IMG/VR virus record: IMGVR_UViG_3300034104_005687
Location: 124,001-188,000 of that record
Length of the DNA: 64,000 nt
Direction: 5' to 3' (one strand)
A program made the translations under genes and the position numbers. Shown piece by piece: positions 28,009 to 36,670 of the stretch (positions are counted from its first letter, which is position 1; the number at the start of each line of letters is the position of its first letter). The notes under the pieces were generated by a model that ran no database searches, was not told where the DNA came from, and saw nothing but the letters and a program-made list of their open reading frames with translations.

Positions 28009-28764
28009 ATGAAAATTGTACTTGTAACCGGCGGCTTTGACCCCATACATTCTGGACATCTTGCTTACTTTCAGTCAGCAAAAAAACTAGGCGATCGACT
28101 TGTAGTTGGCCTTAACTCAGACGAGTGGCTTGCTCGTAAAAAGGGTCGACCGTTTATGCCCATGAGCGAACGCTTTGCATTGGTTAGTGCATTAAGCATA
28201 GTAGATGAAGTTGTTGTTTATAACGATGATGATGGGTCAAGTTGTGATGCTATTCGACTGCTGAAAACACGTTATCCTAACGATCAAATTGTGTTTGCCA
28301 ACGGTGGTGATCGCACTAAAGACAACATTCCTGAAATGGTATTTGATGATGTGGAGTTTGTGTTTGGCGTAGGCGGCGAGAACAAAATGAACAGTAGTAG
28401 TTGGATCTTGGAAGACTGGAAAAAGCCCAAGACTAGCCGCGCCTGGGGATACTATCGTGTGTTGCATGAAGTAGGTGCCAATACCAAACTCAAAGAACTC
28501 ACAGTGAATCCCAAGACCTGTTTGAGCATGCAACGTCATGATCAACGTGCAGAGTTTTGGTTTGTGGCCGAAGGCGAAGCTGCTGTTTACACGTTGGATA
28601 ATTCTAGTGATCACGATCTTGTTGGACATTTTGGAGTGCATGAGCATATCTGGATCAAAAAGAATCAGTGGCACATGCTGTGCAACGAAACTGATCAGCC
28701 GCTCAAATTGATTGAAATTCAGTTTGGTGAAAACTGTGTAGAAGAAGATATCGAACGCCGATGA
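28009..28764 (+). CDS. cytidylyltransferase-like (HIGH) domain fused to a mannose-6-P-isomerase-type cupin
   Basis: VTGGFDPIHSGH, VGLNSDEW, FANGGDR. C-terminal RAWGYY..L, LSMQRH..RAEFW, H.L.N....LIEIQ.G..EEDIER. Confidence 0.88.
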   Translation: MKIVLVTGGFDPIHSGHLAYFQSAKKLGDRLVVGLNSDEWLARKKGRPFMPMSERFALVSALSIVDEVVVYNDDDGSSCDAIRLLKTRYPNDQIVFANGGDRTKDNIPEMVFDDVEFVFGVGGENKMNSSSWILEDWKKPKTSRAWGYYRVLHEVGANTKLKELTVNPKTCLSMQRHDQRAEFWFVAEGEAAVYTLDNSSDHDLVGHFGVHEHIWIKKNQWHMLCNETDQPLKLIEIQFGENCVEEDIERR

Positions 28765-29444
28765 AAGCCATACCAGTTTATGTTGGCTACGATCCTCGCG
28801 AGGCCATTGCTTATCACACTTGTGTGAACTCAATCATACGCCATGCATCAAAGCCAGTGGCTATTATTCCTGTGGCCTTGAACTTGTTTCGAGACTACGA
28901 AGAAACACATACCGATGGATCAAACCACTTTATCTACACTCGTTTTCTTGTGCCGCACCTGCAAGAATACACAGGTTGGGCGATCTTTATTGACGGCGAC
29001 ATGATTGTACGTGATGATATTGCAAAGTTATGGGAATTACAGAATCCCTATATGGATGTAATGGTAGTCAAGCATGACTACCAAACACGCATGCCTGTAA
29101 AATACCTAGGAGCAAAAAATGAAAACTATCCTCGAAAAAATTGGTCTAGTGTTATTCTGTGGAATTGTAATAGCTTTCCTAACAGGCAACTTACTCCCCA
29201 GTTCGTACAAAAATCCACAGGCAGTGAGCTCCACCGCTTCTCGTGGTTAGATGATGCTCGCATAGGTGAATTGCCGCCCGAATGGAATTGGTTGCCCGAC
29301 GAATACGGCGTTAATAAGAATGCCAAACTGCTACACTACACTCTGGGCACACCTTGCTTTCAAGAGTTTGCCGACACACCACAAGGTGATGAATGGCATA
29401 GAGAACGTATTCTAACTGAATATTGTTTGCAACGAGAAATTTAA
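28761..29444 (+). CDS. GT-A fold glycosyltransferase (GT8-like)
   Basis: VYVGYDPRE, FIYTRFLVP, FIDGDM, RKNWSS, EWNWL, HYTLG.P. Confidence 0.8.
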   Translation: MKAIPVYVGYDPREAIAYHTCVNSIIRHASKPVAIIPVALNLFRDYEETHTDGSNHFIYTRFLVPHLQEYTGWAIFIDGDMIVRDDIAKLWELQNPYMDVMVVKHDYQTRMPVKYLGAKNENYPRKNWSSVILWNCNSFPNRQLTPQFVQKSTGSELHRFSWLDDARIGELPPEWNWLPDEYGVNKNAKLLHYTLGTPCFQEFADTPQGDEWHRERILTEYCLQREI

Positions 29445-30082
29445 ACCCAGTGTTGTTGCACCAATGGGTGATGACCCATGGTACTGGGCTTCTGCGACAC
29501 TTTTCTAAACATCAACATTTTTACCGCACTGAGATCCTGGTATTCGTCGTTGCGTGATGCTATGTGAAACCACGATTTGGGACAGTGATCAGTTAATACT
29601 GTGTGTACAGTATGTTCGCTGACAATAGCCTGATCTCCGTACAAGGGTGGTGCTCCGTACAATGCTTGCCAATGAGATAATGGACGACTTTGATACAAAT
29701 CCCAAAGATAGCGGTGATCTCCGTGCCAATACATAAGCGCACTTGAATGTATATTCTTGTCTGCTTCGACCCACATAACAAACTTTTGATTGTGTAGTCG
29801 TTGCACCATTTCATCTAGGTTACTACATATCACAGTGTCAAGATCCAGGAACAAGGTTGGCCCAGTCAGCACACCTGGACGAAACAATTGCATTTTGCTC
29901 CAGAATCCAGAGTCTCCTGGTAGCAATTCTATTCGCTCACAAGGCACGTCACAGTCGCTGAAACAAACAAATCTGTGCGGTATAGTTAAATTACGTTCAA
30001 CTGCACGTTGAAGCTTTGCTACCCAACTGGCATCATATCCCACCTTGCCACCTTGGCGTAGCAAACACACAACATTAAGCAT
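29441..30082 (-). CDS. GT-A fold glycosyltransferase-like
   Basis: RFVCFSD, W.KMQLF, LFLDLDTV, HSSALM, GDQ. Its stop shares a TTAA with the convergent gene. Confidence 0.65.
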   Translation of the reverse strand: MLNVVCLLRQGGKVGYDASWVAKLQRAVERNLTIPHRFVCFSDCDVPCERIELLPGDSGFWSKMQLFRPGVLTGPTLFLDLDTVICSNLDEMVQRLHNQKFVMWVEADKNIHSSALMYWHGDHRYLWDLYQSRPLSHWQALYGAPPLYGDQAIVSEHTVHTVLTDHCPKSWFHIASRNDEYQDLSAVKMLMFRKVSQKPSTMGHHPLVQQHWV

Positions 30083-30614
30083 AACGTTCTAGTACAAGCA
30101 GTCCAGAGTTTTTGTTGCAATGCTCAACAATATGCCATTGTCGATTGTGATGTAAAAATATAATCGCAGCTTCGAACACTCCAGGCCAATCACTGGGATC
30201 GTGTAACACAATGTATTTTTTTGCTAGTTCAGCATGCCTGACTAACTCAGCCATGCAATGATCTCGTTTGTGCACAGTATCAATAAACAACAAGTCACAT
30301 TCTTCGGCGGCTACTTCTAGGCTGTTGCCCACAGAGAATTCAAAATCTGTTCCATTTTGTTCAGCATTGTATTTTAATTCGTCAAGCACAGTTAGATATT
30401 GGTCAGTGATATCATAACTTCGTAAACGTTTGGGTTGGCCTAACAGCCAGGCACAGGTACTTAGGCCTGTGTATACTCCAAACTCTATAATACTATCAAC
30501 ATTGCTGGCATATCGCTTGTAGGTGTCAAATCTTGTGGGACTGTCACCTAACCAGTTGGTTGGACCTATTTTTAAATCAAGGTAATCAGCTCTTAGATCT
30601 TTCAATGTTCTCAT
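30075..30614 (-). CDS. class I SAM-dependent methyltransferase (Methyltransf_24-like)
   Basis: IIEFGVYTGLST, LLFIDTVH, IVLHD. Start at the ATGA overlap (30614). Confidence 0.7.
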   Translation of the reverse strand: MRTLKDLRADYLDLKIGPTNWLGDSPTRFDTYKRYASNVDSIIEFGVYTGLSTCAWLLGQPKRLRSYDITDQYLTVLDELKYNAEQNGTDFEFSVGNSLEVAAEECDLLFIDTVHKRDHCMAELVRHAELAKKYIVLHDPSDWPGVFEAAIIFLHHNRQWHIVEHCNKNSGLLVLERYA

Positions 30615-31153
30615 TTTGACATCCAATACACACCTAGTTTGCTTTTCTGGCTTTTACGATACGATTCCTTGATGTAGTGACCCCAGGTAGCTACAACTTC
30701 GTTATGACTCCAATCATCCTTGACATGGGCTTCGTGCGGGTTAGGATACGCATGTTCATCTTGTGGCATGTGTCTGATAGGAATACTCACAATCAACATG
30801 TCTGAAACTTGCAAAATACGATCCACAAGAGCAACAGCATCCTCTTTGGTCATGTGCTCTAACACATCGCCGGCTATGACTACATCGGGATTCAACACAG
30901 TCCAATCTACTGTACGAACGTCTTGATTGAGTATTTGATTGTATCTGCTTTCTAGATTGAATTCTTCAATGTAGGGTTTCCAAATCTCAATACCAATCCA
31001 GGTAGCATTCACACAGCACTGAGCATCTTCCTTTATGAGTTTAACATAAGTTCCTGACCCAGGCCCAATATCTACCACAGTTTTAATAGTTGATTGATTG
31101 GACTGGAACCAAGCCAATGTTTCAGCTTTTCCTGATTTTAGACTATACGACAT
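30611..31153 (-). CDS. class I SAM-dependent methyltransferase
   Basis: VVDIGPGSGTY, IGIEIW, DVVIAGDVLEH. Confidence 0.8.
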   Translation of the reverse strand: MSYSLKSGKAETLAWFQSNQSTIKTVVDIGPGSGTYVKLIKEDAQCCVNATWIGIEIWKPYIEEFNLESRYNQILNQDVRTVDWTVLNPDVVIAGDVLEHMTKEDAVALVDRILQVSDMLIVSIPIRHMPQDEHAYPNPHEAHVKDDWSHNEVVATWGHYIKESYRKSQKSKLGVYWMSK

Positions 31154-31179
31154 TGTTTTCCTTGTAAATTTTGTATCAC

Positions 31180-31191
31180 TAAATATTTATA
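31180..31191. promoter_or_regulatory. palindromic overlapping divergent late promoters TAAATATTTA(TA)
   Basis: TAAATA on + at 31180-31185 and TATAAATA on - at 31184-31191, between divergent genes. Confidence 0.7.
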
Positions 31192-31205
31192 TACATATAT
31201 AACAC

Positions 31206-31967
31206 ATGAAAGCATTTATAATTTACCTACCCGAACGAGAACACAGTGTTCAACATTCCAAGCTCATGCTAGATCAACTCAAAGAGTACAACATTGACGC
31301 TGAACTATTTGAAGGTACACCTGGTGATCAAGCAGTTGCCATGGCAGCAAAAGCCAAAAAAACATTGTATCCTTACAGTATCAAAAATCGTGTGTTGGAC
31401 AAACACGACATTGAACAACTGATACGCCCTGAACTGTACGAAGAATTCAAAAAGAAACATCGTTATGAAATCATTGAACGACAGTTGATCGGAGAAAAAG
31501 ACGTGGGCAAACTGAGTCGCCCCGGGGTAATTGGCTGTTTCTACAGTCACTACAACTTGTGGAAAAAGTGTGTGGAACTCAAAGAGCCCATTATGATTTT
31601 TGAGGATGATGTCAAGTTCTATCGTGGCTACCATCCTGTGGAATTCGACGGTGTGTTGATTCTGAGCTTGGGCAAGAGCTCGTTCATGACTGAGCCACAA
31701 AAAACCTACTTGGAAAACCCCACAGGTACCCCGTCGGCTCGTAAGTGGCAAAACTTCAGCATGCCTGGCGCCAGCGGCTATGCTATTATGCCCGATGCTG
31801 CTCTTGCCTTGGTCAAGTTTTATCGACCCTACTGGTATCCAGCAGACAATGCTATCAATCAGTTTGTGGTACCTGTGAAGATCAGCAACTATATCATGGG
31901 TCGCAATACCTTGCCTGAAGAAGGCAATGTATCCATGACCAAATCCAAGGACTGGGTCAAAGAATGA
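31206..31967 (+). CDS. glycosyltransferase family 25-like
   Basis: AFIIYL..R, GCFYSHY.LWKK, IFEDDV, GY.I.P.AA..L. Confidence 0.8.
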   Translation: MKAFIIYLPEREHSVQHSKLMLDQLKEYNIDAELFEGTPGDQAVAMAAKAKKTLYPYSIKNRVLDKHDIEQLIRPELYEEFKKKHRYEIIERQLIGEKDVGKLSRPGVIGCFYSHYNLWKKCVELKEPIMIFEDDVKFYRGYHPVEFDGVLILSLGKSSFMTEPQKTYLENPTGTPSARKWQNFSMPGASGYAIMPDAALALVKFYRPYWYPADNAINQFVVPVKISNYIMGRNTLPEEGNVSMTKSKDWVKE

Positions 31968-32875
31968 AAGTAGGAATCTTCTACAACTCCATATCTAACC
32001 CTGCCAAGTTTGGCAACAAGGTCATGCTGATGGATAACTTTGCCGAAGGAGCAAGATCCCAAGGTGACACAGTGATTGAATTTCGAGACAATCGATTGCC
32101 GGATCAAAAATTGGATGCAGGATTTGTGCTGGGCTACACACTGGAAGATAACTTCAGGAAAAAAATCATTGATCAGTTGCGCCTACAAAAAACCCCCAGT
32201 GTGTTTGTGGACAGCAATATTTTGCATTATGCCAGGCCCGAGCATGAATGGCATCGCTACAGTTTGGGATCAGTGTATCCCAATTCAGGCACATACTTTT
32301 TTGATCAACTAGACACCACCAAGTGGGATAGATATTCTGCCTGGCACAATGCTGCCATAAAACCCTGGCGCACACATGGCAATCACATATTGATCCTGTG
32401 TCAACGGCCCAAGGGATTCAACATGTTCACAGATCAAGAAGCCTGGTTGGACAAGACCATCAGCAAACTACGCAAACACAGCAATCGGCCCATCATGATT
32501 CGCATGCATCCAGGCGACGGAGCCAGATTCAAACAAATTGAAAAAATACAAAAGAAGTACGGAACTTTGGTCACTGTCAGTGATCATGCCAACATTCGAG
32601 ACGCCCTGGTCAACTGTTGGTGTACAGTGGGAATCAACAGCACTCCCAACGTGGTTGCTGCCATTGAAGGTGTACCAGGCTACATTGAAGATCCTGCTAG
32701 GTCCTGGGCCGCTGATGTAGCGTTCACTGATCTGAGCCAGGTTGAAAATCCACCCATGCCTGATCGATCAGCATGGACTGCCAAGATAGCCAACATACAC
32801 TGGAGCAACAGCGAAGTACGGTCTGGTGCGTTGTGGACAGCAATCAAACGCTATATCGGCGCTTCTCAGCCATAA
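31964..32875 (+). CDS. capsule-polysaccharide-synthesis-like (KpsS/KpsC-type GT-B) protein
   Basis: ILILCQ, IMIRMHP, TVGINST..VAAIEGVP pattern. Confidence 0.5.
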   Translation: MKVGIFYNSISNPAKFGNKVMLMDNFAEGARSQGDTVIEFRDNRLPDQKLDAGFVLGYTLEDNFRKKIIDQLRLQKTPSVFVDSNILHYARPEHEWHRYSLGSVYPNSGTYFFDQLDTTKWDRYSAWHNAAIKPWRTHGNHILILCQRPKGFNMFTDQEAWLDKTISKLRKHSNRPIMIRMHPGDGARFKQIEKIQKKYGTLVTVSDHANIRDALVNCWCTVGINSTPNVVAAIEGVPGYIEDPARSWAADVAFTDLSQVENPPMPDRSAWTAKIANIHWSNSEVRSGALWTAIKRYIGASQP

Positions 32876-33638
32876 ACTGTGGTAGGTCTTTGCGGGTACC
32901 TTTGGCAGTCCAGATCACACTGCCGGGTCGCATGTCCCAGTCAATCATGCTGATGGGCAAATTGCCACTTGCATAACCTGGCACAATTTGGTCCAGTATG
33001 TCTTGGTCCAGGCCCCAGTAAATTTTGTCAGCAGCCAAGTTGTGTTGTAGTTGTTGAGCATAATGATTCAAAAACTCACTGCTGCGACCTTGTGCATTCA
33101 CATACATACCCCCGGCCAATATGCGAGCCTTGGCACCAGTGATCTTGTGCAGATAAAAATCGCAATCACGACTCAATCTAGGAATAGTGCCGCGCACCAA
33201 AGCGTCTACATCCATGCTCATAAATGATGCAGTCCCGGCCAATTCTGCCAGCCTGATAAATCTTGCACATGCATAGTAGGTCTTTTGCATGCGATGATGT
33301 AGATTGGTATCATGTCCTTTTTTCATGGCGCTGTGAGTGCGTTGTAGCTGTGATTGACTCACAGGATCAGCAACAGGCCTGGCCCACTGTGCCGCAGCCG
33401 CATCAAACAACGATGCACTCACGTGTTCATGGCTCACACTGACACCTGGTTGCGCGGCACAATAATCTAGTTGATCCGGCCGCGGATTGAAAATGTGCAG
33501 GTGCAAGTGATCGGGCGAGTTGGCCTGGATGCTGTTGATCAGTTCACGAGCAAACTGATCAAAATAGTCACGATCGCAGGCTGAATAAATGAAAAAGTCA
33601 CACGGTGCTCGGCTACCGTGCATTTGTGGTAATATCAT
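32844..33638 (-). CDS. putative nucleotide-sugar transferase
   Basis: IYSACD..Y, YYACARF, MDVDAL (DxD), LAG, W.LDQ..L. Confidence 0.5.
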   Translation of the reverse strand: MILPQMHGSRAPCDFFIYSACDRDYFDQFARELINSIQANSPDHLHLHIFNPRPDQLDYCAAQPGVSVSHEHVSASLFDAAAAQWARPVADPVSQSQLQRTHSAMKKGHDTNLHHRMQKTYYACARFIRLAELAGTASFMSMDVDALVRGTIPRLSRDCDFYLHKITGAKARILAGGMYVNAQGRSSEFLNHYAQQLQHNLAADKIYWGLDQDILDQIVPGYASGNLPISMIDWDMRPGSVIWTAKGTRKDLPQFMAEKRRYSV

Positions 33639-33644
33639 AGCAGG

Positions 33645-33662
33645 TATTTAACAGCGTAAATA
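33645..33662. promoter_or_regulatory. back-to-back divergent late promoters (TAAATA on - at 33645-33650, on + at 33657-33662)
   Basis: Each lies 6 nt upstream of an ATG. Confidence 0.7.
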
Positions 33663-33668
33663 TCCTGT

Positions 33669-34517
33669 ATGAAAATTGCTTATTTTCCCGAACAAGTTGC
33701 ACTCAATGGCGCACCTGTGATGGAAGCAGTGTTGGACTGTTTGCAGGCTGCTGGACATCAAACTCAAGAAAACTCACTGAACTCAGACGCCGCGGTGATA
33801 TGGTCAGTGTTGTGGCACGGACGCATGGCCCCAAATCAAGCAGTGTATCATCACTACAGAGCACAGAACCGGCCAGTGATCATTGTGGAAGTGGGTGCAC
33901 TGTATCGTGGCAACACCTGGAAGATAGCTGTGAACAATGTCACTGCTGAAGGTTACTACGGGCACACTGACAATCTGGACTGGGACCGTCCTCACAAATT
34001 AGGCATCAGCTTGGCCACACAAACTCAGCCTGCTGAACACATTGTGATAGCTTTGCAACACACTCACAGTCATCAAGTGGCTGCTGTGCCCAACATGACA
34101 CAATGGATACAAAACACTGTGGCCACACTGCGAAACCATACAGACCGGCCCATTGTAGTAAGGCCACACCCAAGATGTCGTACAGCGTTGCCACCGTTGC
34201 CCAACAATGTCACTGTGCAACAACCACAACGGGTGATCAACACCTATGACAGTTACAATCTGCACTATAATTGCCATGCTGTGGTCAACTACAATTCAGG
34301 GCCAGGAATTCAAGCCGCCATTGCTGGCGTTCGTCCTGTGGTTGATGTCAGCAGTTTGGCACATCCTGTGGGCGTAGACGTTGCACAAATTGAGCAGCCT
34401 TATGTGACAGACCGAGATCTATGGCTTACTCAGATTTGTCACACAGAATACACAGTGGATGAAATAAAAAAAGGATCATGGCTATCAAGAATCGCCCCAT
34501 CATTACAGGCCCCATAG
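33669..34517 (+). CDS. capsule-polysaccharide-synthesis-like protein (paralogue of 31964)
   Basis: IVIALQ, VVRPHP, AVVNYNSGPGIQAAIAGV. Confidence 0.5.
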   Translation: MKIAYFPEQVALNGAPVMEAVLDCLQAAGHQTQENSLNSDAAVIWSVLWHGRMAPNQAVYHHYRAQNRPVIIVEVGALYRGNTWKIAVNNVTAEGYYGHTDNLDWDRPHKLGISLATQTQPAEHIVIALQHTHSHQVAAVPNMTQWIQNTVATLRNHTDRPIVVRPHPRCRTALPPLPNNVTVQQPQRVINTYDSYNLHYNCHAVVNYNSGPGIQAAIAGVRPVVDVSSLAHPVGVDVAQIEQPYVTDRDLWLTQICHTEYTVDEIKKGSWLSRIAPSLQAP

Positions 34518-35215
34518 ACTGTGCCTGTGTAATACACAGCAACGGCTATGACTGGACCTATGTTGACCGACTGTACAACATGTTGAGTCGTCAAATCACT
34601 GCTGGCATACGTTTTCATGTGTACACTGAAGCAGACCGATACGTTCCGCCACACATGATCAAGCACTGTCTTGAAGAATGGCCCGAAGTCAGAGGTCCCA
34701 AACGGTCTTGGTGGTACAAGATGCAGTTGTTCAATCCTGCACACTTTGGCGGAAATCTGCTGTATTTGGATCTGGACGTGGTAGTGTTCAACAGCCTTGA
34801 TTGGGTCACAGCATCCAACCCAGATTATTTTTGGACCATACGAGATTTCAGATATCTACAGCATACCTGTAGTTCCATGAATTCCAGCATGATGTGGTGG
34901 AATGTTGGTCAATATGCCTGGGTATGGGACCAGTTCTGCCTGGAATCTCGCGACACAGTGATACGGCGACACCATGGCGACCAAGACTACATCAACAGTG
35001 TGATCACACCAAAGCACAAACGTTTTTGGCCAGATCAGCATTTTCAAAGTTGGCGTTGGCAATGCCAAGAAGGCGGATACGATTTCCCGCGACGTCGACA
35101 TCGTGCTCCTGGTGCCGCGGCACACGTTGATCCTGATGCTAGTGTGATAGTATTTCACGGTCAACCAAAACCGCACCAAATCAATGATCCTATAGTGCAG
35201 GCACACTGGTGTTGA
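34478..35215 (+). CDS. GT-A fold glycosyltransferase-like (paralogue of 29441)
   Basis: RFHVYTE, WWYKMQLF, LYLDLDVV, NSSMMWW, GDQDY, VFHGQPKP. Confidence 0.65.
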   Translation: MAIKNRPIITGPIDCACVIHSNGYDWTYVDRLYNMLSRQITAGIRFHVYTEADRYVPPHMIKHCLEEWPEVRGPKRSWWYKMQLFNPAHFGGNLLYLDLDVVVFNSLDWVTASNPDYFWTIRDFRYLQHTCSSMNSSMMWWNVGQYAWVWDQFCLESRDTVIRRHHGDQDYINSVITPKHKRFWPDQHFQSWRWQCQEGGYDFPRRRHRAPGAAAHVDPDASVIVFHGQPKPHQINDPIVQAHWC

Positions 35216-35266
35216 CAAATTAATCCCAATTTGCTATAATAACAACATAGCAACAAAGGAGCCACC

Positions 35267-35470
35267 ATGAGCTACATCGTTTTCAAGCACAACAAAGAAT
35301 ACGGTCCACGCAAGGGATTGGAAGGTCCGTTTCACTACCCAAATGGTGCTGTACTGTACTATGATCCACGAGAAGGACAGTACTACGATCCTACTACCGA
35401 CTTCTATGTGCCGCACGACGAGGTTGCAGAACTGCAAAACAGCATCTTTGCCTTGTTGTCTAAACATTAA
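35267..35470 (+). CDS. small early protein with tandem YYDP motifs (OCRE-like)
   Basis: LYYDPREGQYYDPTTDFY. Has its own promoter and SD. Confidence 0.7.
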   Translation: MSYIVFKHNKEYGPRKGLEGPFHYPNGAVLYYDPREGQYYDPTTDFYVPHDEVAELQNSIFALLSKH

Positions 35471-35476
35471 GCAAAA

Positions 35477-35498
35477 AGTGTGGCTTTTTTGCCACACT
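35477..35498. promoter_or_regulatory. inverted repeat AGTGTGGC-T6-GCCACACT just upstream of the second -35
   Basis: Perfect 8-bp stem. Terminator or operator role is not resolved. Confidence 0.45.
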
Positions 35499-35564
35499 GT
35501 GCCCAGTTGACCGAATATTCCCATTTTGCTATAATATAGCATAGAGAAACAAAAAGGAGCCAAA

Positions 35565-35798
35565 ATGATACATCAAAATATACAAAAACTCATTAACGAT
35601 TATCAAGAGATTCTGGACCGAGATCCCATGGATCAGTCAGAAGATACTCCCAGTATTCTGACTAAATTTGCCCAAGCCTTGGCTCAAGAACTAGGCGAAA
35701 TTGTGGTAGCGAGTCCTTACATGGAAGGTACCCGCATGTACTTTGACGAGAAGATTGCTCGTTACGAAATCAAGAAGAGCGTGGGCCTTGCGGAATAA
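35565..35798 (+). CDS. small early hypothetical protein
   Basis: 77 aa with its own promoter and SD GGAG. Confidence 0.75.
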   Translation: MIHQNIQKLINDYQEILDRDPMDQSEDTPSILTKFAQALAQELGEIVVASPYMEGTRMYFDEKIARYEIKKSVGLAE

Positions 35799-35803
35799 CC
35801 GGG

Positions 35804-35856
35804 CTAAAAGTAGTACTTGAGTTTGCAGTTTTACCCCCTAAAACTAGTACTAAAGT
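35804..35856 (+). repeat. 19-nt imperfect direct repeat CTAAAA(G/C)TAGTACT(TG/AA)AGT, period 34 nt
   Basis: Copies at 35804-35822 and 35838-35856 in the largest intergenic gap of the early region. Confidence 0.7.
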
Positions 35857-35999
35857 ACACATTTTTCACTTCAAGGGCGTTTAATTTCCCTAGATGTTGC
35901 ACAAACGCATCAAAGCACACAAAAACAGCTTAAAACCGCGGTTGACCAAATATTCCCAATTTGCTATAATATAGCATAGAGAAACAAAAAGGAACAGTC

Positions 36000-36179
36000 A
36001 TGCAAAGATCCACAGCAATGGCCCAACTTGACAAAGAGTGTAAGTTTTTGGGCATGGAATTTTTTGAACTGATCAAAGACATTCAGATCAACGGCCGCAT
36101 GGTCTATAGCCAAAAGACTGTAGAAGCTTACCACAAATACATGGAAATTTACGCCATGGCCGCACAGATTGACCAATAA
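36000..36179 (+). CDS. small early hypothetical protein (59 aa, MQRSTAMAQLDKECK...)
   Basis: Not in the ORF track. Follows promoter 3 and SD AAGGAA, and its last codons (IDQ*) encode the next -35. Confidence 0.7.
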   Translation: MQRSTAMAQLDKECKFLGMEFFELIKDIQINGRMVYSQKTVEAYHKYMEIYAMAAQIDQ

Positions 36180-36225
36180 TTCCCAATTTGTTATAATACT
36201 TGTATAGTAACTAAAAGGAGCCAAC

Positions 36226-36621
36226 ATGCAGAACTGGACCGACAAGATCATTCATTGGAATCAACTGCCTGGAACAGAAGTCAAACGACTGCTGGCTACC
36301 TGGGGAATGACTCCTGAGCAGATTGCCAAGTATGACAAGAAGCATGGGTTTGCAAACTCTGCCTCCAAAGCTCAAGTGCCTGTGACAGCAGAAAAGGCTG
36401 TGAAACCCACACCAAAGCCTGCGGTTAAAAAGACAGTGGCCAAATCCACAGCCCGTCAAAAGCACACTGGCGCCGACGGTGCAATCAAGTTTGTAGAGCA
36501 TCGCAATCTCTACGTGGGGTTCTTTGGTGGTAAGGTGGTAGTAACCAAACGCACCGTAGATGCTTGTCGTGCCGTGTTGCTGGAACAGTTTGGAATCGAC
36601 GGTGTCAAGGTTGACGCTTAA
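36226..36621 (+). CDS. early hypothetical protein with Lys/Ala/Pro linker
   Basis: 131 aa with its own promoter and SD GGAG. Confidence 0.75.
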   Translation: MQNWTDKIIHWNQLPGTEVKRLLATWGMTPEQIAKYDKKHGFANSASKAQVPVTAEKAVKPTPKPAVKKTVAKSTARQKHTGADGAIKFVEHRNLYVGFFGGKVVVTKRTVDACRAVLLEQFGIDGVKVDA

Positions 36622-36670
36622 TTCCCAATTTGCTATAATATAATTTTAACGCACACTAAAGGAGCCAACC

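Noticed and set aside
35799-35940. tRNA or other structured RNA gene in the largest early intergenic gap
   Set aside because: No cloverleaf, T-loop GTTCRA or CCA end is visible. No tRNA was recognised anywhere in the window.
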